A stretch of DNA of 15,479 nucleotides, taken from assembly GCA_041500865.1 (NCBI GenBank), contig JBGQMY010000024.1, positions 1 to 15,479 on the forward strand. Direction: 5' to 3'. The translations under genes and the position numbers were made by a program. Shown here in pieces: positions 15,289 to 15,479 of this stretch. Position 1 is the stretch's first letter. Each line of letters opens with the position of its first letter. Below the pieces are notes generated by a model. The model saw only the letters and a list, made by a program, of their open reading frames with translations, made no database searches and was not told the DNA's origin. Origin of the DNA: Candidatus Micrarchaeia archaeon (GTDB taxonomy: Archaea; Micrarchaeota; Micrarchaeia; Anstonellales; J096).

Positions 15289-15479
15289 ATGGCAGCATGG
15301 TCAAAATATGTTCTTTGTGGATTGGCACTGTTATATTTGGCATCCGCTGTTTTCGCCTTCGCGGGCGGCAACGGCACCCCGGCAAGCCCGTACCTGGTTT
15401 CAAACTGCACTGACCTCCAGAACATGAGCGCCAATCTTACTGCAAGCTATGCGCTGAACAACAGCATAGACTGCACCTA
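15289..15479 (+). CDS. Secreted GLUG-motif-type surface/adhesin protein, 5' partial (not in ORF track)
   Basis: MAAWSKYVLCGLALLYLASAVFA signal peptide, then FAGGNGTPASPYLVSNCTDLQNMSANLTASYALNNSIDC, matching the GGxGTxxxPYxI...LQ...YxLxxdID start of GLUG-type proteins. TATA TTTTATAT at 15261-15268. Confidence 0.8.
   Translation, partial: MAAWSKYVLCGLALLYLASAVFAFAGGNGTPASPYLVSNCTDLQNMSANLTASYALNNSIDCT

Noticed and set aside
15179..15427. 82-aa ORF from the track
   Set aside because: It overlaps the better-supported signal-peptide/GLUG-type frame starting at 15289.

Overview
Archaeal chromosomal window, most likely DPANN (Micrarchaeota-like). This is inferred from TATA boxes about 30 nt before mostly leaderless starts, a class III signal peptide, archaeal-type TopA and multiple ankyrin paralogues. 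Gene order: 3' end of an ankyrin gene; a promoter-preceded structured non-coding segment; a 4xCBS protein fused to a C-terminal HPF/RaiA-like (ribosome hibernation) domain, coupled to a class III-signal pilin-like gene; a 5xTPR-AAA+ ATPase; a divergent Ig-like surface protein; a GT4 glycosyltransferase; a lipoprotein with heparinase II/III-like motifs; a 7-repeat RCC1/BLIP-II-like membrane-anchored propeller; topA; dcd; two ankyrin genes (one frameshifted by an 11-bp duplication); a CPA2 antiporter; a possible gene remnant; and the 5' end of a GLUG-type surface protein. I found no CRISPR array, tRNA, rRNA, integrase, transposase or reverse transcriptase. All calls come from reading motifs by eye; no searches were run.
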